From the IMG/VR virus record IMGVR_UViG_3300021963_006531, positions 1 to 60,088 of that record: a stretch of 60,088 nucleotides of DNA, one strand, 5' to 3'. The position numbers and the translations under genes are program-made. The DNA is from a virus. Taxonomy: Duplodnaviria; Caudoviricetes. Positions 10,301-19,300 of the stretch are shown piece by piece. How positions within the stretch are numbered: the stretch's first letter is position 1; every line of letters starts with the position of its first letter. Below the pieces are notes generated by a model that was given only the letters and a program-made list of their open reading frames with translations, had not been told where the DNA came from and searched no databases.

Positions 10301-11555
10301 TATTAGTAACTTTAAAGTTTTAGGAAGATTCTTAGGAGTTGGTACAGAAAATGATACAAGTTCTGGAACTGTAACAGAACTTAGTGCTCAAAATTTAAAA
10401 GACATCGTAGGTTTATCAAAAGAATCTGTTGTGGCATTAATTAATGATGATACATTAGGAGGTTTATTACCTAATGGTACATCTTCTGGTCTTGCAGCAA
10501 GACAAGATGGCAGTGTTTCTTATGGTGCATTGTTAAAGAATGGTGGTACAATGAGAGGTAAAATAACTCTTACACCACAATTACTAACTAACGCTCAATA
10601 TAGTATTATTGTTCCATCAGAAAATGACAGACTTGATATTGGGGAAAGTGCTACTTTAAGATTTAGAAGAGTTTGGGCAAATAGTTTCTATGGCGTTAAT
10701 CATTATGGTGACGGAACATTTGGTTCTACATCTGCGCCATCACAAATTAATACTGGAGCAACATTTAATGGTACTGCAACATACGCCAAAACTGGCGGGG
10801 CATTAGAATACGGTCTAACAGGTACTGGTTTAGGTAGCGGTGATATTGCTATTAGAGGTTCTGGAAATGTTGATATAACATTTAACGGTTCTGCGGCTGG
10901 AACTGTTTCAGTCTTAGCTGAAACTACTACTGTAAACAATACTATTGTTAGAAGAACCAGTAATGGAAGTATTAATGCTCAAACATTTACTGCAAGTACT
11001 GGAGTTACTAGTGGTGTTGGTTTTGTTGGAAGGGCAACTGCGGCTGATGGTCTTTATTTAAACGGAACAACATATACACCAACAGCTAGTTCGGCTCCAG
11101 GCGGAGTTGGTGGACTAGCAATTATCAGTGGTAATGGCACAATTAATGCAACATTGTTTAATGGAACTGCTAATTTTGCAAACTATAAAGACTTAGCTGA
11201 AAATTATGTTGCAGATAAACAATATGAACCTGGCACAGTTTTAGAATTTGGTGGTGAATTTGAAGTAACCTTAGCAGAAGATGAAACACGCAGAGTAGCT
11301 GGAGTAGTATCAACTGATCCTGCTTACTTGATGGGTAATGGACATCCAGGAGAATTTGTTGTAGCAGTTGCTTTACAAGGTCGTGTGCCATGTAAAGTTC
11401 GCGGCAAGATTCGTAAAGGTGATATGATGGTTAGTGCAGGAGGAGGTTATGCTCGACCAACTAACGATCCTAAAATTGGTACAATTATTGGTAAAGCCTT
11501 AGAAAACTTTGACGGTGTCGAAGGCGTTATTGAAGTTGTCGTAGGAAGACTATAA
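1311..11555 (+). CDS. Giant (about 3,400 aa) baseplate/tail structural protein with internal repeats and a C-terminal intramolecular-chaperone-like domain
   Basis: N-terminal gp9/gp10-like motif INIG-x-x-x-NDGTGDSIRDAF-x-K-x-N-x-NF-x-ELY; several DA-x-x-K-x-YVD motifs; six CxRD-x-x-YI-x-DA repeats; GxGY-x-x-x-P repeats; C-terminal DLAENY...PGTV...VALQGRVPCKV...IIGKALE. ATG 1311 follows GGAG. Confidence 0.8.
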   Translation: MARKDINIGLTGNDGTGDSIRDAFSKVNANFQELYASQGLESGLTFNNLVDVVKPLRPNTVLGLDSLGNNVVSKDLVVDNGLSIDSTSDPSKIVLSLAGIQISLDPNPTLSNSLNAANFKLNNLGDPAADQDAVTRKWVYQNFLNRDNIDLLSTVQNPNGSTMRQNFRIQPTPDNGNANIGDKVITIRGADGTSSKTVDLNVQAVLPGHATRKDYVDTKISLQGTETIDPGTGLVNRGAGVMTGPLILNDHPGDYEEITLSPLGDAFVEEDYRAATKGYVDAKSYSSPSNLYVSTKGNDDMWDFDNDRPNPDYGYPEEEIGRSWSKAFATLRQACRYAKKIMDRVQLQNTPYQLLPSAITRWVPPFTNASSSPRTRVRVSLQNHGFVDGDYVQVSGAILGTNNSDTRNLNGIFRVNKISNNLFELNLKSLVNWINPEVPPGGTISVALANKKDGPYSVLSKVDFGFRGFFIPKPEITIMVESGVYFEYFPIIVPPNVAIKGDEFRRTLVKPKEGPVLDVNEELKFVRGDRTLGADFWYNTHYYHQLALSVGVTNVTGSTTLEIRNSAYMPKSGMRLVYGSTGGEPNVYRIGSVRNIIYKQPDPDANIAPGTYTMDIVDENGDPKPLAQSIPDGTVLEFLLDNEHCDSLLVNDAFQLRNMTFLGSKGFTMAFDPNGQILTRSPYGQVCATFAGEGGGGQLIDGMAGNQVCYVLDNRYTDPFTGTQGAQGTKVTVTGLERRPEIPNTFFIAKKKYIIIDSTTPDSNGTATLTLSSTTPIEQDDTFLPAGFLPSGTQVVIETAGNRSMLSNDFTMVNDLGYGIIAENNGVCEAVSQFTYYCRTGYLARAGGQIRSVGGSSCYGLLGLVSEGNDPNEAIQIGKIRTTPVNYIVPYIDSPLADGNVGAVNIIVGGTDTVPLRNSTFKLDKHEIVLKNVARARLPGGTLVAGPLVVTTVYSHPFRTGDSVQMTSIRGVELIPAVPGTPNISTDIDGRTYTITVVDKKTFTLNGTNSLLYANDLGVYNFGDLPARAISNFVEDAPSTVYTVKGNPSERNITGVVRFDTISDNAIGQNILKVYKLERPAVLNMQFVLSATNPVVDEDNDSVFTVTGITAREIKFQASPRLGESDNAPGATTLYIANVTSPIDNSIITSSLSPWAPKAGWTFQLLDTNLEEQDYARYTVVGTPTYDSGTQRWAIALDRALTYQMINQVASAQFTRVDGYWDLTLDKNLTASIPGNTIFTFRNSYWNISIDPALNIALKTFNDAYNKPRAYPFNLYQLRSVSVSQITNNPPIINSSALRFSASNYDPSIYRILGKTSDGGTTVETYLLTESASPLVGFNANAVEKLTANKTFIQQETIDYLSTIYPNFEYNQDICYRDVGYIIDAVVYDLTYGGNVRSRGAGASYYQQGNPSAALVLAQQKGITVDAINYATQVAQYVVNQYIGAVGTQLPLPYNGSNLNGVQQLINNKQFIQEDVIAYLNNQFPGFNYDEEKCKRDVEIIINYVLDDVIFGTNYRSITAGLAYLRSYSSNVIANQKIPTIAGINKARDLALALITNSAVITDITNKFGLVTGIINSGQNNAELVFANPAVVDTGVLNSVNLLRANQEFLQEEFIAFVNYNFVGYTYTPAIQTKCERDIGYIIDAARYDTAFGTNFNSVTAGLAYQRANSNYLQTEQKIQTTQGILKAKTLTQTLVNSDPIALSRVTDSFDTVVSLLNGGTAPALTYPTPIGATQEKINAKDQLQQNRAFIQSEIIAFVNVNNPPANYNQTKCSRDVGYIVDALCYDILYGGNSASVRAAEAYFVGTTSQLGAGQAVATLNAYSRLQVVVGQVIQGTIVARSSGNNSTQNRTGSFGSSNEASTASGNIEIIKGVITAGNLNTLPAVVNPSISLVESTLITAVTSINNNKTTIISGVSDYIISAFSGYSYDPQLCIRDVEYILDAVSFDTLYGGNTASIGAGSAYWNGAVTLIQGQVDVTIIAFNHLKDVVNQVLQAQAVVKTSGNTANQNTNLASGSAASRTTVSNLLTVVNTIAEFGVGSSPTSISPSYTNGANYTTANNSRITILNNLNTIKNGVISYLNTTYSSGFTYNQAKCRRDVGYIIDAVAYDLEYGGNVKTRIAVEAYYDGSASSDVVLETQKLQTVSAIRHAKSIAKLIVLENPVTRQLGNPLLQNTSGTAGVAGVDDNRMEVLFEIIAEVLEDGLTALPARELGIPRSYQDPEGASYVAQNIDNALISETGAGVRIGQLMSQITSIISLGTTGTHIIQEPQIKDTLQSLLFPPTATSLQYGGIITGPGIPTKGVNGVTEDTIIRTVTQIFDESQNTIGYRIKISALLTAGIPAGTAITVSGPGANYLFDLNTDLDSRHLAGDVIGITTTFSTVRATGHDFLQVGAGGYDDSNYPNNVYGPPNNTPSSSAIVQEIGTGRVFHVSTDQDGNFRVGSYFNVNQGDGSVTIAAKIGLSAVSSLTFLTGETVRAFSGDQKMDDNSDNIVPTQKAIKTYINNIIAGRFTVDNTLTPNRGLMTLDGTSVMKGDMDIGFNSIENAINSTSTDGTGLVNRKYVDNVFAGGTIDFDGSYSITTTGVRTGVRAFTMIDDNTNVGGVFTNRGGIDLNSNKITNLKTPTLSLDAANKVYVDQSISTGGIRTGWSGFTLNDTTTRYSVSSVTITANGANYTVPPAVVFYSTSGTGATGRAVLEAGTNPRGVASIIIDTPGYGYTSSPSVIIGGSVASVNLLSQGTGYSSTPTITFSVPQTVGGIRATGYAVMEGSGSTQKISQIVIINGGVGYTGAPSITATGGNPVTPASFSVQLQGGSGATASAVIVAIQKDINLNGNRVTGSADPIQTTDLVTLNYFDSKNFINKISDVTITGVPGSGDLLVFTGDVPLGSGGSMVNASVSIASNVTITRTGNSVTIALKTGADAPVGNDNVKAGAGILQSKLALNRANVQTSASNTTASDYGVSAFLVDEFNTNSGFISLKQATNKVTGVRLDRLQHISNFKVLGRFLGVGTENDTSSGTVTELSAQNLKDIVGLSKESVVALINDDTLGGLLPNGTSSGLAARQDGSVSYGALLKNGGTMRGKITLTPQLLTNAQYSIIVPSENDRLDIGESATLRFRRVWANSFYGVNHYGDGTFGSTSAPSQINTGATFNGTATYAKTGGALEYGLTGTGLGSGDIAIRGSGNVDITFNGSAAGTVSVLAETTTVNNTIVRRTSNGSINAQTFTASTGVTSGVGFVGRATAADGLYLNGTTYTPTASSAPGGVGGLAIISGNGTINATLFNGTANFANYKDLAENYVADKQYEPGTVLEFGGEFEVTLAEDETRRVAGVVSTDPAYLMGNGHPGEFVVAVALQGRVPCKVRGKIRKGDMMVSAGGGYARPTNDPKIGTIIGKALENFDGVEGVIEVVVGRL
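5418..7670 (+). repeat. Six degenerate protein-level repeats (core C-x-R-D-V-G-Y-I-I-D-A-x-x-x-D-x-x-Y-G-G-N) in the giant structural protein
   Basis: CYRDVGYIIDA, CKRDVEIIINY, CERDIGYIIDA, CSRDVGYIVDA, CIRDVEYILDA and CRRDVGYIIDA in the translation. Boundaries approximate. Confidence 0.85.
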
Positions 11556-11830
11556 TGGCTAAAAAAACTATCAACATTGGAAGTAGTGCTAACGCTGGCA
11601 ATGGAGATCCATTGCGTGTAGCATTTAATAAAATAAATGACAATTTTAACGAATTGTATACTTTAACAGGTGGAACTGAAGGACAATTAACTGAAATAGC
11701 ACAAGATTATGCTGCCGCAATGGTCACAAATGGTGATCACAGTGGGGTTTCAGTTGATTATGATGACGATAATAATAAACTGAATTTTACAGTAAATATA
11801 GACGGCGGTGACGCATCTACAAGTTTTTAA
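11555..11830 (+). CDS. Small structural protein with gp9/gp10-like N-terminal motif
   Basis: INIGSSANAGNGDPLRVAFNKINDNFNELY, paralogous to the N-terminus of the upstream giant protein. Confidence 0.7.
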   Translation: MAKKTINIGSSANAGNGDPLRVAFNKINDNFNELYTLTGGTEGQLTEIAQDYAAAMVTNGDHSGVSVDYDDDNNKLNFTVNIDGGDASTSF

Positions 11831-11848
11831 AAATAAGGAACGGGTAAA

Positions 11849-14677
11849 ATGGCAACTCAAATTAAATTACGTAGGGATACATATCAAAATTGGTATGACA
11901 ACAATCCTATACTAGCTGAAGGTGAACCTGGCTATGATTTAACAAATAAAAAATTAAAAATAGGTGATGGGGTAGCCCTTTGGAGAGCTCTGCCATATTT
12001 TGATGATCAAGTAACAAATTTTTCAGCTGTGTCTGCTAACATTGTACCTGACACTGATAACACCAGAGATTTAGGTGCTCCTGATAAACAATGGCGTCAC
12101 GTTTATACTGCTGGTGGCAGTATCTACTTAGACGATATCAAACTCTCAAACGTAAATGGTAAATTTATTGCTACAAAAGTTATCAATCCTGGTGAAGTAA
12201 ATGAGCAAGAAGATCCAGAAGACAGCGATGCTACAAGTGACATAAGAGGTGGAGGTGGTGGATTAGGTTCTATCACTGTTCCTGCTGTGCCTCCAACACT
12301 CTACAAAGGACTACAAGTTAGCTATGGCGTGGTACACAGCAACAATAACAGCGATGAATTTAATGTCAACAAGATCGTTATACACAAGCCAACCACGGTA
12401 ACTGTGACCATTGATCCGACCGGCAATAACGATGACTTCCGTGTAAGCGGACTGGCAGACAGTGATGTCCTCGCTATGTTTATTGTTTACGGTAACGAAA
12501 ACGGTCCTAAGTCTGAAGCAACATTACAGACTTTTGCTCGAGCAGCCATTGACAATGTTGTATTAGTTGAAGGTGTAGAAGATTCATTCAATACCGTAGA
12601 CGGTATGAAAACTCAGTTTGCCAACAACTATCAAATTTTAGCCTCAGCCGCAGGAGGTTTGTATGCTAACTTTGAATTCCTTAACAATAATGTTGGTACA
12701 GTTGATGCAGGCGAACTAACTGGAGCAACTACTACTAGAGAAGGTAGTGGTGCTACATTTGCCATTGGGTCTGACGGTGCGTCTGCTATAACATTTTCAG
12801 TATTACTGGGAGGAACCAACTATCTCCCAGGACACAAGATTTTGATAACAGGAGATCAAGTAGGCGGAACCAGTCCCACCAACGATGTTATAGTCACAGT
12901 AACAACAGCCACCGCAGGAGAAATAGTCGGAGTTATAGCAGACGGAGTAATGGCTGGTCCTGATCTTCAGTTTTTAGGCGTGTCCGGCACAAACTACGAA
13001 GTAGGTAGCGGACTTAGAATTGCTTCATTATCCTTAAACAATGATGGTAGTATATCACCAAGTGTATTTGGTTTTGGCAGCAACTATGTCACAGGAGATG
13101 TATTAACTTTATTAGGTACAAGTCTTATCAGCGGAGTATCGCCTGATAACGACATGACTATTACAGTTACTGGTCCAATGAATATTACAGTTGAAGGCAC
13201 ACTTCCACAACTATGGCCAAATAACAATATCAGTGACGGTGGTGCCGATCAATATGACAACGCAAACTACATTAACACTAACCTTGTTAATCAAATTGCC
13301 TACAACAATGGTAACACAGTCTCAGATGGCACAGCGTTTGGCGAAGGTGCTACTTATAGTTTTGCCTATGAGGACAGCATGTTTGCTCTGTTTGTTAGAG
13401 ACAATGCGGCCACCTATGTTGAAACAACAGGTAACAGCGGAGCGGACGGTGGCAGTACCACAGAAGCAGGCAATCTGTTAGGCGGTGGAACACCCCAACA
13501 GACATTCACTAATGCTGTAACACACCTTAATGTAGTTGGAACACCTTGGGCAGGTCCTACTGTAACTTTTATTCACAGTGACAACGGCGACGAAGTTGAC
13601 ATCTTAATCGAAGATGACGGGGAAGGAGCAGGTGTTGGTATTACTCGTGATGGCAACAATGGTATCTACAATCCATACAGAGAAGGTTCGTGGGACAGTG
13701 ACGTCAGTCCAGGCGGTACACAGTGGAACATTGATGGATGGACTGATTTGTCAGATGTTGAATCAAGGAACTACTTGCCTTTATATGCGGCATTTGGATT
13801 TGGTGGGTTAGGTAACAAAATTGTAGGCACAGAGTGCGTGATGTATTTGCCAAACAACGGCAAGTATTATGCTGTAAAGTTTGATAGTTGGACACAAGGT
13901 TCTCAAGGTGGCGGCTTTGCCTATACCCGTAGAGAGATTAATCTCACTAAACTAGAAGAAGGTGTTAGATTCGCAGATGGTACTATTCTTAAATCTGCCG
14001 AAGGTATTGGTCGTGTTAAACTTGAAAGTACAGGCAATCGTAGGATTGAAGAAGTATATGGTTACAAGAGCGTGGCGGTAACATCAAGAGATAGACAAGA
14101 AATTACTGGGGCAACATACACAAATGTCAATGCTTATGAACTTCGAGTCAAGAAAACCACAGAAATAAATGCCTTTATCAGTCCTTACTACAATACTCCT
14201 ACTACAGCTACATGGTACATATCTTTTGACAACGTGACATTTAGACCAGCCACTCTTAATGGCGATGGCGGAAATAATTGGATGTTCTACTATGTCAATG
14301 CCAACAATCCAACAATTCAAGTAGAGGATGCTCCTTTCTACATAAGGAGAGATGTAGGTGGTGATCCAGTAGCATGGTGGGACGCCGCAGACCTTCCAAG
14401 AGGTAGCAGTAATTTTCGAGGTGCTATTATCAAGTATCACGCATATATCAGCGATTCGGGAACAATGATTGGAACTATACACATTGCCAAAGATAGCGGA
14501 GATTACAATGTTGCTCACACTGAAGTGTTAAGTGGTGGTAGTGACGGCGAAAACGTTGTACTATGGTATCAGGACGACGAGAATCAACTCAAATATCAGC
14601 GTATAGACGGCGAAAACTCTACTGTAAAAGTACAGTGGAGCGCCACTGTATTCTACGGTTCAGAATATTGGGATTAA
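11849..14677 (+). CDS. Tail fibre / receptor-binding protein with Mtd-like N-terminal domain
   Basis: QIKLRRDT...W...NPILAEGEPGYD...KLKIGDG...W-x-x-LPY is the major-tropism-determinant N-terminal pattern; Gly/Thr-rich body. Confidence 0.75.
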   Translation: MATQIKLRRDTYQNWYDNNPILAEGEPGYDLTNKKLKIGDGVALWRALPYFDDQVTNFSAVSANIVPDTDNTRDLGAPDKQWRHVYTAGGSIYLDDIKLSNVNGKFIATKVINPGEVNEQEDPEDSDATSDIRGGGGGLGSITVPAVPPTLYKGLQVSYGVVHSNNNSDEFNVNKIVIHKPTTVTVTIDPTGNNDDFRVSGLADSDVLAMFIVYGNENGPKSEATLQTFARAAIDNVVLVEGVEDSFNTVDGMKTQFANNYQILASAAGGLYANFEFLNNNVGTVDAGELTGATTTREGSGATFAIGSDGASAITFSVLLGGTNYLPGHKILITGDQVGGTSPTNDVIVTVTTATAGEIVGVIADGVMAGPDLQFLGVSGTNYEVGSGLRIASLSLNNDGSISPSVFGFGSNYVTGDVLTLLGTSLISGVSPDNDMTITVTGPMNITVEGTLPQLWPNNNISDGGADQYDNANYINTNLVNQIAYNNGNTVSDGTAFGEGATYSFAYEDSMFALFVRDNAATYVETTGNSGADGGSTTEAGNLLGGGTPQQTFTNAVTHLNVVGTPWAGPTVTFIHSDNGDEVDILIEDDGEGAGVGITRDGNNGIYNPYREGSWDSDVSPGGTQWNIDGWTDLSDVESRNYLPLYAAFGFGGLGNKIVGTECVMYLPNNGKYYAVKFDSWTQGSQGGGFAYTRREINLTKLEEGVRFADGTILKSAEGIGRVKLESTGNRRIEEVYGYKSVAVTSRDRQEITGATYTNVNAYELRVKKTTEINAFISPYYNTPTTATWYISFDNVTFRPATLNGDGGNNWMFYYVNANNPTIQVEDAPFYIRRDVGGDPVAWWDAADLPRGSSNFRGAIIKYHAYISDSGTMIGTIHIAKDSGDYNVAHTEVLSGGSDGENVVLWYQDDENQLKYQRIDGENSTVKVQWSATVFYGSEYWD

Positions 14678-14692
14678 TCAGGGGCAACTTAA

Positions 14693-16276
14693 ATGACAAA
14701 AATATATAGAATACCAACCGGCCAAGTTGATGGTAACGGTAGCAATGATAACAACACTGGTGAAGTTCGCCCTTATGGCGAAATAGGGTTGTTTATAGGT
14801 GATAACAACAAGTTAGAACTGTTAATGTTTGACGGTATAAGAACACATGTTAACAGCAAGGTTCTAAACAAAGGTACATTCTACGGTGGTGACAGAGATA
14901 GTGCTGATGGTAATGGTTATGATACTATCAAACTTGTTCCTGATGAAACTTTAAGAAGGACAGGTAGTCAACAATATATCATTGTTGAACCTACTGGCGG
15001 TGAACCAGGACATGTACACATTAGAGCAGGTGGTACTATAGATTCTAGCACCGCCGACTTATTTTTAGGTGGCGAGAAGAATAATGTGCGTGTTAGTGAT
15101 ACCAACGATCGTGTAGTTATTACCGCAGATGCTGGCGAAGATGGCACAAAGATTTGGACATTTGATAATGATGGTCGTCTAACATTCCCATCAGGTGGTG
15201 CTGTTGAATCGGTAGGAATGGGATGGACTGGCTTGACCAACGGCACAATAGGTACACCCGTCAGCATCTTGTTCAAGACTACAGCAGAAGGCTACGCAGG
15301 ACAGTCTATAGCAGATATCACTTTGACAAATAGTAGTGCCACGCAAGGTCGTGTTGAAGTCGTCACGACTGATGCAGTAGCGGCAACAAATAAAGTTTGG
15401 GCATTTGAATCTGACGGTACTTTAGTTTTCCCTAACAGTTCTGTATTGGATAGTGCCGATGGTAACATCGAATTTAGAGGCATGACCAACTTCAATGTTG
15501 AAGCAGAGGGCAATGTCAGTCTATTAACAGATTCTCAAGGCGACGGCAAAGAATGGCTGTTTGGCAGCAATGGCGATCTAACCGTTCCTGGCAATTCACA
15601 AATCATATCAGCAACATCAGCAGGATTTAGACTACAGTCTGATTACGAAACTCCAATGGTTGGCGGACCTTTGGATGGACTTATCGGCGGCGGGGTTTAT
15701 GTATCAGCTGGCCAGATCTCTGTCAACTATCAGCAAAACGACGGAATGGGCGAGTCATCCATGCACCAATGGGATTTTAATGTGTATGGCACATTTGATC
15801 TTGCTAGTGGTGGATTACGATTTGATGACAATACTACACAGACCACAGCCTGGACTGGAGGACGAGTGGTCACTGCTCCTACTCACAGTACAGGTGCTGT
15901 AGGCGATCAGGAAGGCGATCTAGCATTTGATGACAATTATATCTATTATTGTACAGCCGACTACGGTCAGGTTGGGCATCAGATTACAGTGGCCACACTC
16001 TATAACGGTGCTACAAGTGCAAATACTAACAGTTTCCAATTGACTAAAACTTCTGATACTGAGCAGATCACAGTTGGAGATACAATATCAGACGGTGATG
16101 GCGGTGCTACCTCTACAGTGGTTTCTGTTAGTTCAGACGCTAACTATACCTATGTTGGCACTGGTGGTATGGCCTACAATGCTAATTTTCCGCTAACATT
16201 TACCAGCACTGATCCTGCTTATGTTTCTGGTGGAAATATTTGGAAACGTATAGCCTGGAGCGCCGGAACTTGGTAA
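14693..16276 (+). CDS. Putative tail fibre protein
   Basis: Repeated W-x-F-x-x-x-G-x-L-x-F/V-P units and C-terminal G-x-x-GD...AFDDNYIYYC...WKRIAW; structural gene context. Confidence 0.65.
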   Translation: MTKIYRIPTGQVDGNGSNDNNTGEVRPYGEIGLFIGDNNKLELLMFDGIRTHVNSKVLNKGTFYGGDRDSADGNGYDTIKLVPDETLRRTGSQQYIIVEPTGGEPGHVHIRAGGTIDSSTADLFLGGEKNNVRVSDTNDRVVITADAGEDGTKIWTFDNDGRLTFPSGGAVESVGMGWTGLTNGTIGTPVSILFKTTAEGYAGQSIADITLTNSSATQGRVEVVTTDAVAATNKVWAFESDGTLVFPNSSVLDSADGNIEFRGMTNFNVEAEGNVSLLTDSQGDGKEWLFGSNGDLTVPGNSQIISATSAGFRLQSDYETPMVGGPLDGLIGGGVYVSAGQISVNYQQNDGMGESSMHQWDFNVYGTFDLASGGLRFDDNTTQTTAWTGGRVVTAPTHSTGAVGDQEGDLAFDDNYIYYCTADYGQVGHQITVATLYNGATSANTNSFQLTKTSDTEQITVGDTISDGDGGATSTVVSVSSDANYTYVGTGGMAYNANFPLTFTSTDPAYVSGGNIWKRIAWSAGTW

Positions 16277-16280
16277 ACGG

Positions 16281-16286
16281 TAAATA
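16281..16286 (+). promoter_or_regulatory. TAAATA late-type promoter
   Basis: TAAATA in a 29-nt intergenic gap, followed by AGGA and ATG 16306. Confidence 0.55.
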
Positions 16287-16305
16287 CTAGAAATAGGAAC
16301 GAAAT

Positions 16306-19300
16306 ATGAGCATTCAGTACGTAAACATCGGCACAAATCCCAATGACGGCACAGGTGACGATCTAAGATCAGCGTTTTTAAAGGTAAACGACAACTTTCA
16401 ACTACTGGCTACAATTGGTGGAGAAACCAATTACGGAGCTAATTTGGGGGGCGGTACTGGTGAAGTGTATGCTGGAAAAGTCAATGAAGTTCTAAATTTT
16501 AGGACCATTGCAGGTGGTCCGGGCATTGCATTAACTGTTGAGGGGAATGTTGTAAGAATAACAAATACATTTACTTCCCCATCAGCTTTTACTAAAATTT
16601 ACGGTGATGATCCAAACACCTATTTTGAAGCGCAAACACCTAGTTCAAGTTTTAGAATCATAGGTGATGGACTTATATCTACGCAAATCGTAAGTAATGA
16701 ATTAACCATATCTGGCGATTTTAACTTAATCAATGATCAATTACCAAAATTAGGTGCTGATTTAGATTTAAACAGCAATGATATTACAGGAACAGGTAAC
16801 ATTTCACATGTTGGTTCTATTCTAACAGATAATCTAACTGTAGGTAGAAGTTCTGGTCCTGGAAATTTTCCTAGTGCAACATTATTAAATGGAACATTAA
16901 CTGTACGTGCCAACTCAATTTTAGCATCAGTTTCTGCAACTACAGTCAATGCATCAACATCAGTAACTGCACCTCTCTTTAATGCAACAGGAAATGGATT
17001 TATAGGCCCGCTAGCAGGAAACACTACTGGTATACACTACGGTAATGTTAATATTAAAGGATTAGGTGTACCAGATACTGTGGTCGTTAATACTGCCACC
17101 AGTCCTGCCACCATTACTGGATCACATGTTGGAACATTCAGTGGTTCTTTAACAGGTACATTGAGTACAGGTGGATTAAATTTAAACAGTAATGATATTA
17201 CAGGAATTGGTACTATCTCAGTTACTGCGCCAGATAGTATTTCAAAATTTCCATTAATTGCTAATGCGTTTTATCATCCAGGAGGAATAAGCGGTTTTAT
17301 TGTTCCTAGTATTAGTGATTTAGGCAATTCTACAATATTGTCTATGGAACAACAAACTTTTGGTATGTCTGAATCTTTAAGATTAAGATCTACCAGTATT
17401 AATTCCAGTCAGTCTTATCCATTAGGCACTAGTATTGCATTTGAATCAGTTAATACTATTGACGAAGACCTACCAAATTACGATCCTCTCAATTTGCCTA
17501 CACAGCCAGAATATCAGTTACAAGGTTATTTAGGAATCTTAAATTATAAACCTTACGAACAATTTTCTGATCCAGCATTTACATTACCTAATGAGACAGA
17601 ATTTAGTACATTTGTAACTAGAGTTAGGAAAAGAAGTTTTTCACCAAACGACCCTTATCTATTAGATGTAATAATTGCTAGAGGTGATGGACGAGTTACT
17701 TTGGGCGAAGGTATTGATATTTTAGATTCTACCATTAGACCTTACAGAGTTTTAAACGGTGCTGGCACTGGTGAACAACCATCCATAAACGATTTAATTA
17801 TATATACGGAACGATCTGATACTTATATTAACTTTTACGGGGCTTATGCACAACCGGCTGGTAAAGGTCCTGCTCTTGGTGGGTACAGTTTTCCAAAAAC
17901 CATAGGCGCTCCAGGTCAAGTTTTAGCAGTTAGGACTCCTGATGGTATTAATCCAAATAATTTACTTGAATGGACTACGCCAAGTGGTGGAGGTGGCGGA
18001 GGTGGCGGTGCTACAACTTTCTTAAATCTAACAGATACTCCTATTAGTTATGCAGTTGGTGATGCAGGAAAAATAGTTGTTGTTAAGAGTAATTTGTCTG
18101 GTCTTGAATTCACAAACACCATTACAGCGACCTTAAACGGAAATGTTACTGGTGATGTTACTGGTAATGCTAGTACTGCCACTGCTCTACAAACAACAAG
18201 ATCAATCAACGGTAAAAACTTTAACGGAACACAAAACGTAACACTAACCACTGCTGACATTGGTGAAGTTAATAATTTATATTATACTGATGATAGAGCA
18301 AGAGGTGCGATTTCAGTAACGCCTGGAACTTCGTTAAGTTATAGTGCTGGGGTTTTAAACATTACTGAATCAACAACCAGCACTGTTAACTCATTGGTTA
18401 AAAGAACTTCTACAGGTGGTATTGAGGTAACATCTTTAAAAGTAACCACTATAGAAAAAAATACCGCAGACACTGCTATTACTATCAGTAATAGATTAGA
18501 AACAGCATCTGTTATTTCTTCAACCAACGATATAACTACTACTGGAATTGTTTCAGCAGGATTTATTAATTTAACAGGAACTGGTGATCAAACCATTTCT
18601 TCTTCAACAAAAATTATTTTAAATCCTGCATCAACAGTTGATGTTAGTGGTAAGAGGATTACTAATTTACCGTTAACTGTGCCACTTGATAATAGCGATG
18701 CTACATCTAAGAAATATGTTGATGATCAAACAAGTTCAGTTTACACAGCAAGTTTACAGAGTTTCCCAATTGCAGGTGACTCAGGAGGTAGTTTAACTGT
18801 TGTTAAAGGAACAACTGTAACTATTTCTGGAAGTACAAACATTAACACATCTACAACAGTGAATGGTGTACAGATTAGTCTAAAAACAACTATATCTGGT
18901 GTTTCTGTTAGTGGAAATTTACCTGTTTCTGGAACACTAACTGCCAACGTTGCTAAAGCTGGTAATATTAATATTACTAATAATGAAATACAACAAACTG
19001 TAACTGGTAATAATATCAATCTTGTGCCTGGAAGTAGTGGTGGTTCTATAGTAATTACTGGTGGAGACTTTAAATTAACCACTAACAGTAGATTATTTGT
19101 TACTGGATCAAATATTGTAGAAATTGCCGCAAATTCATTAGAAGTTGAAATTCCGGTAACAACGCCTGTAACATTTGTTAGGACACTAAATTGGGTAGAT
19201 GATAATGCTGCCTTAGCCTATGGTTTTATGAACGACGGAACCCAAGGACAGTATAAGACAATTATAATGCTTGACAGGGGTAATTATGGAAATGCGTTAG

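Noticed and set aside
11849-14677. Diversity-generating retroelement suggested by the Mtd-like N-terminus
   Set aside because: No reverse transcriptase and no template/variable repeat pair seen in the window; the Mtd N-terminal domain is common in ordinary fibres.
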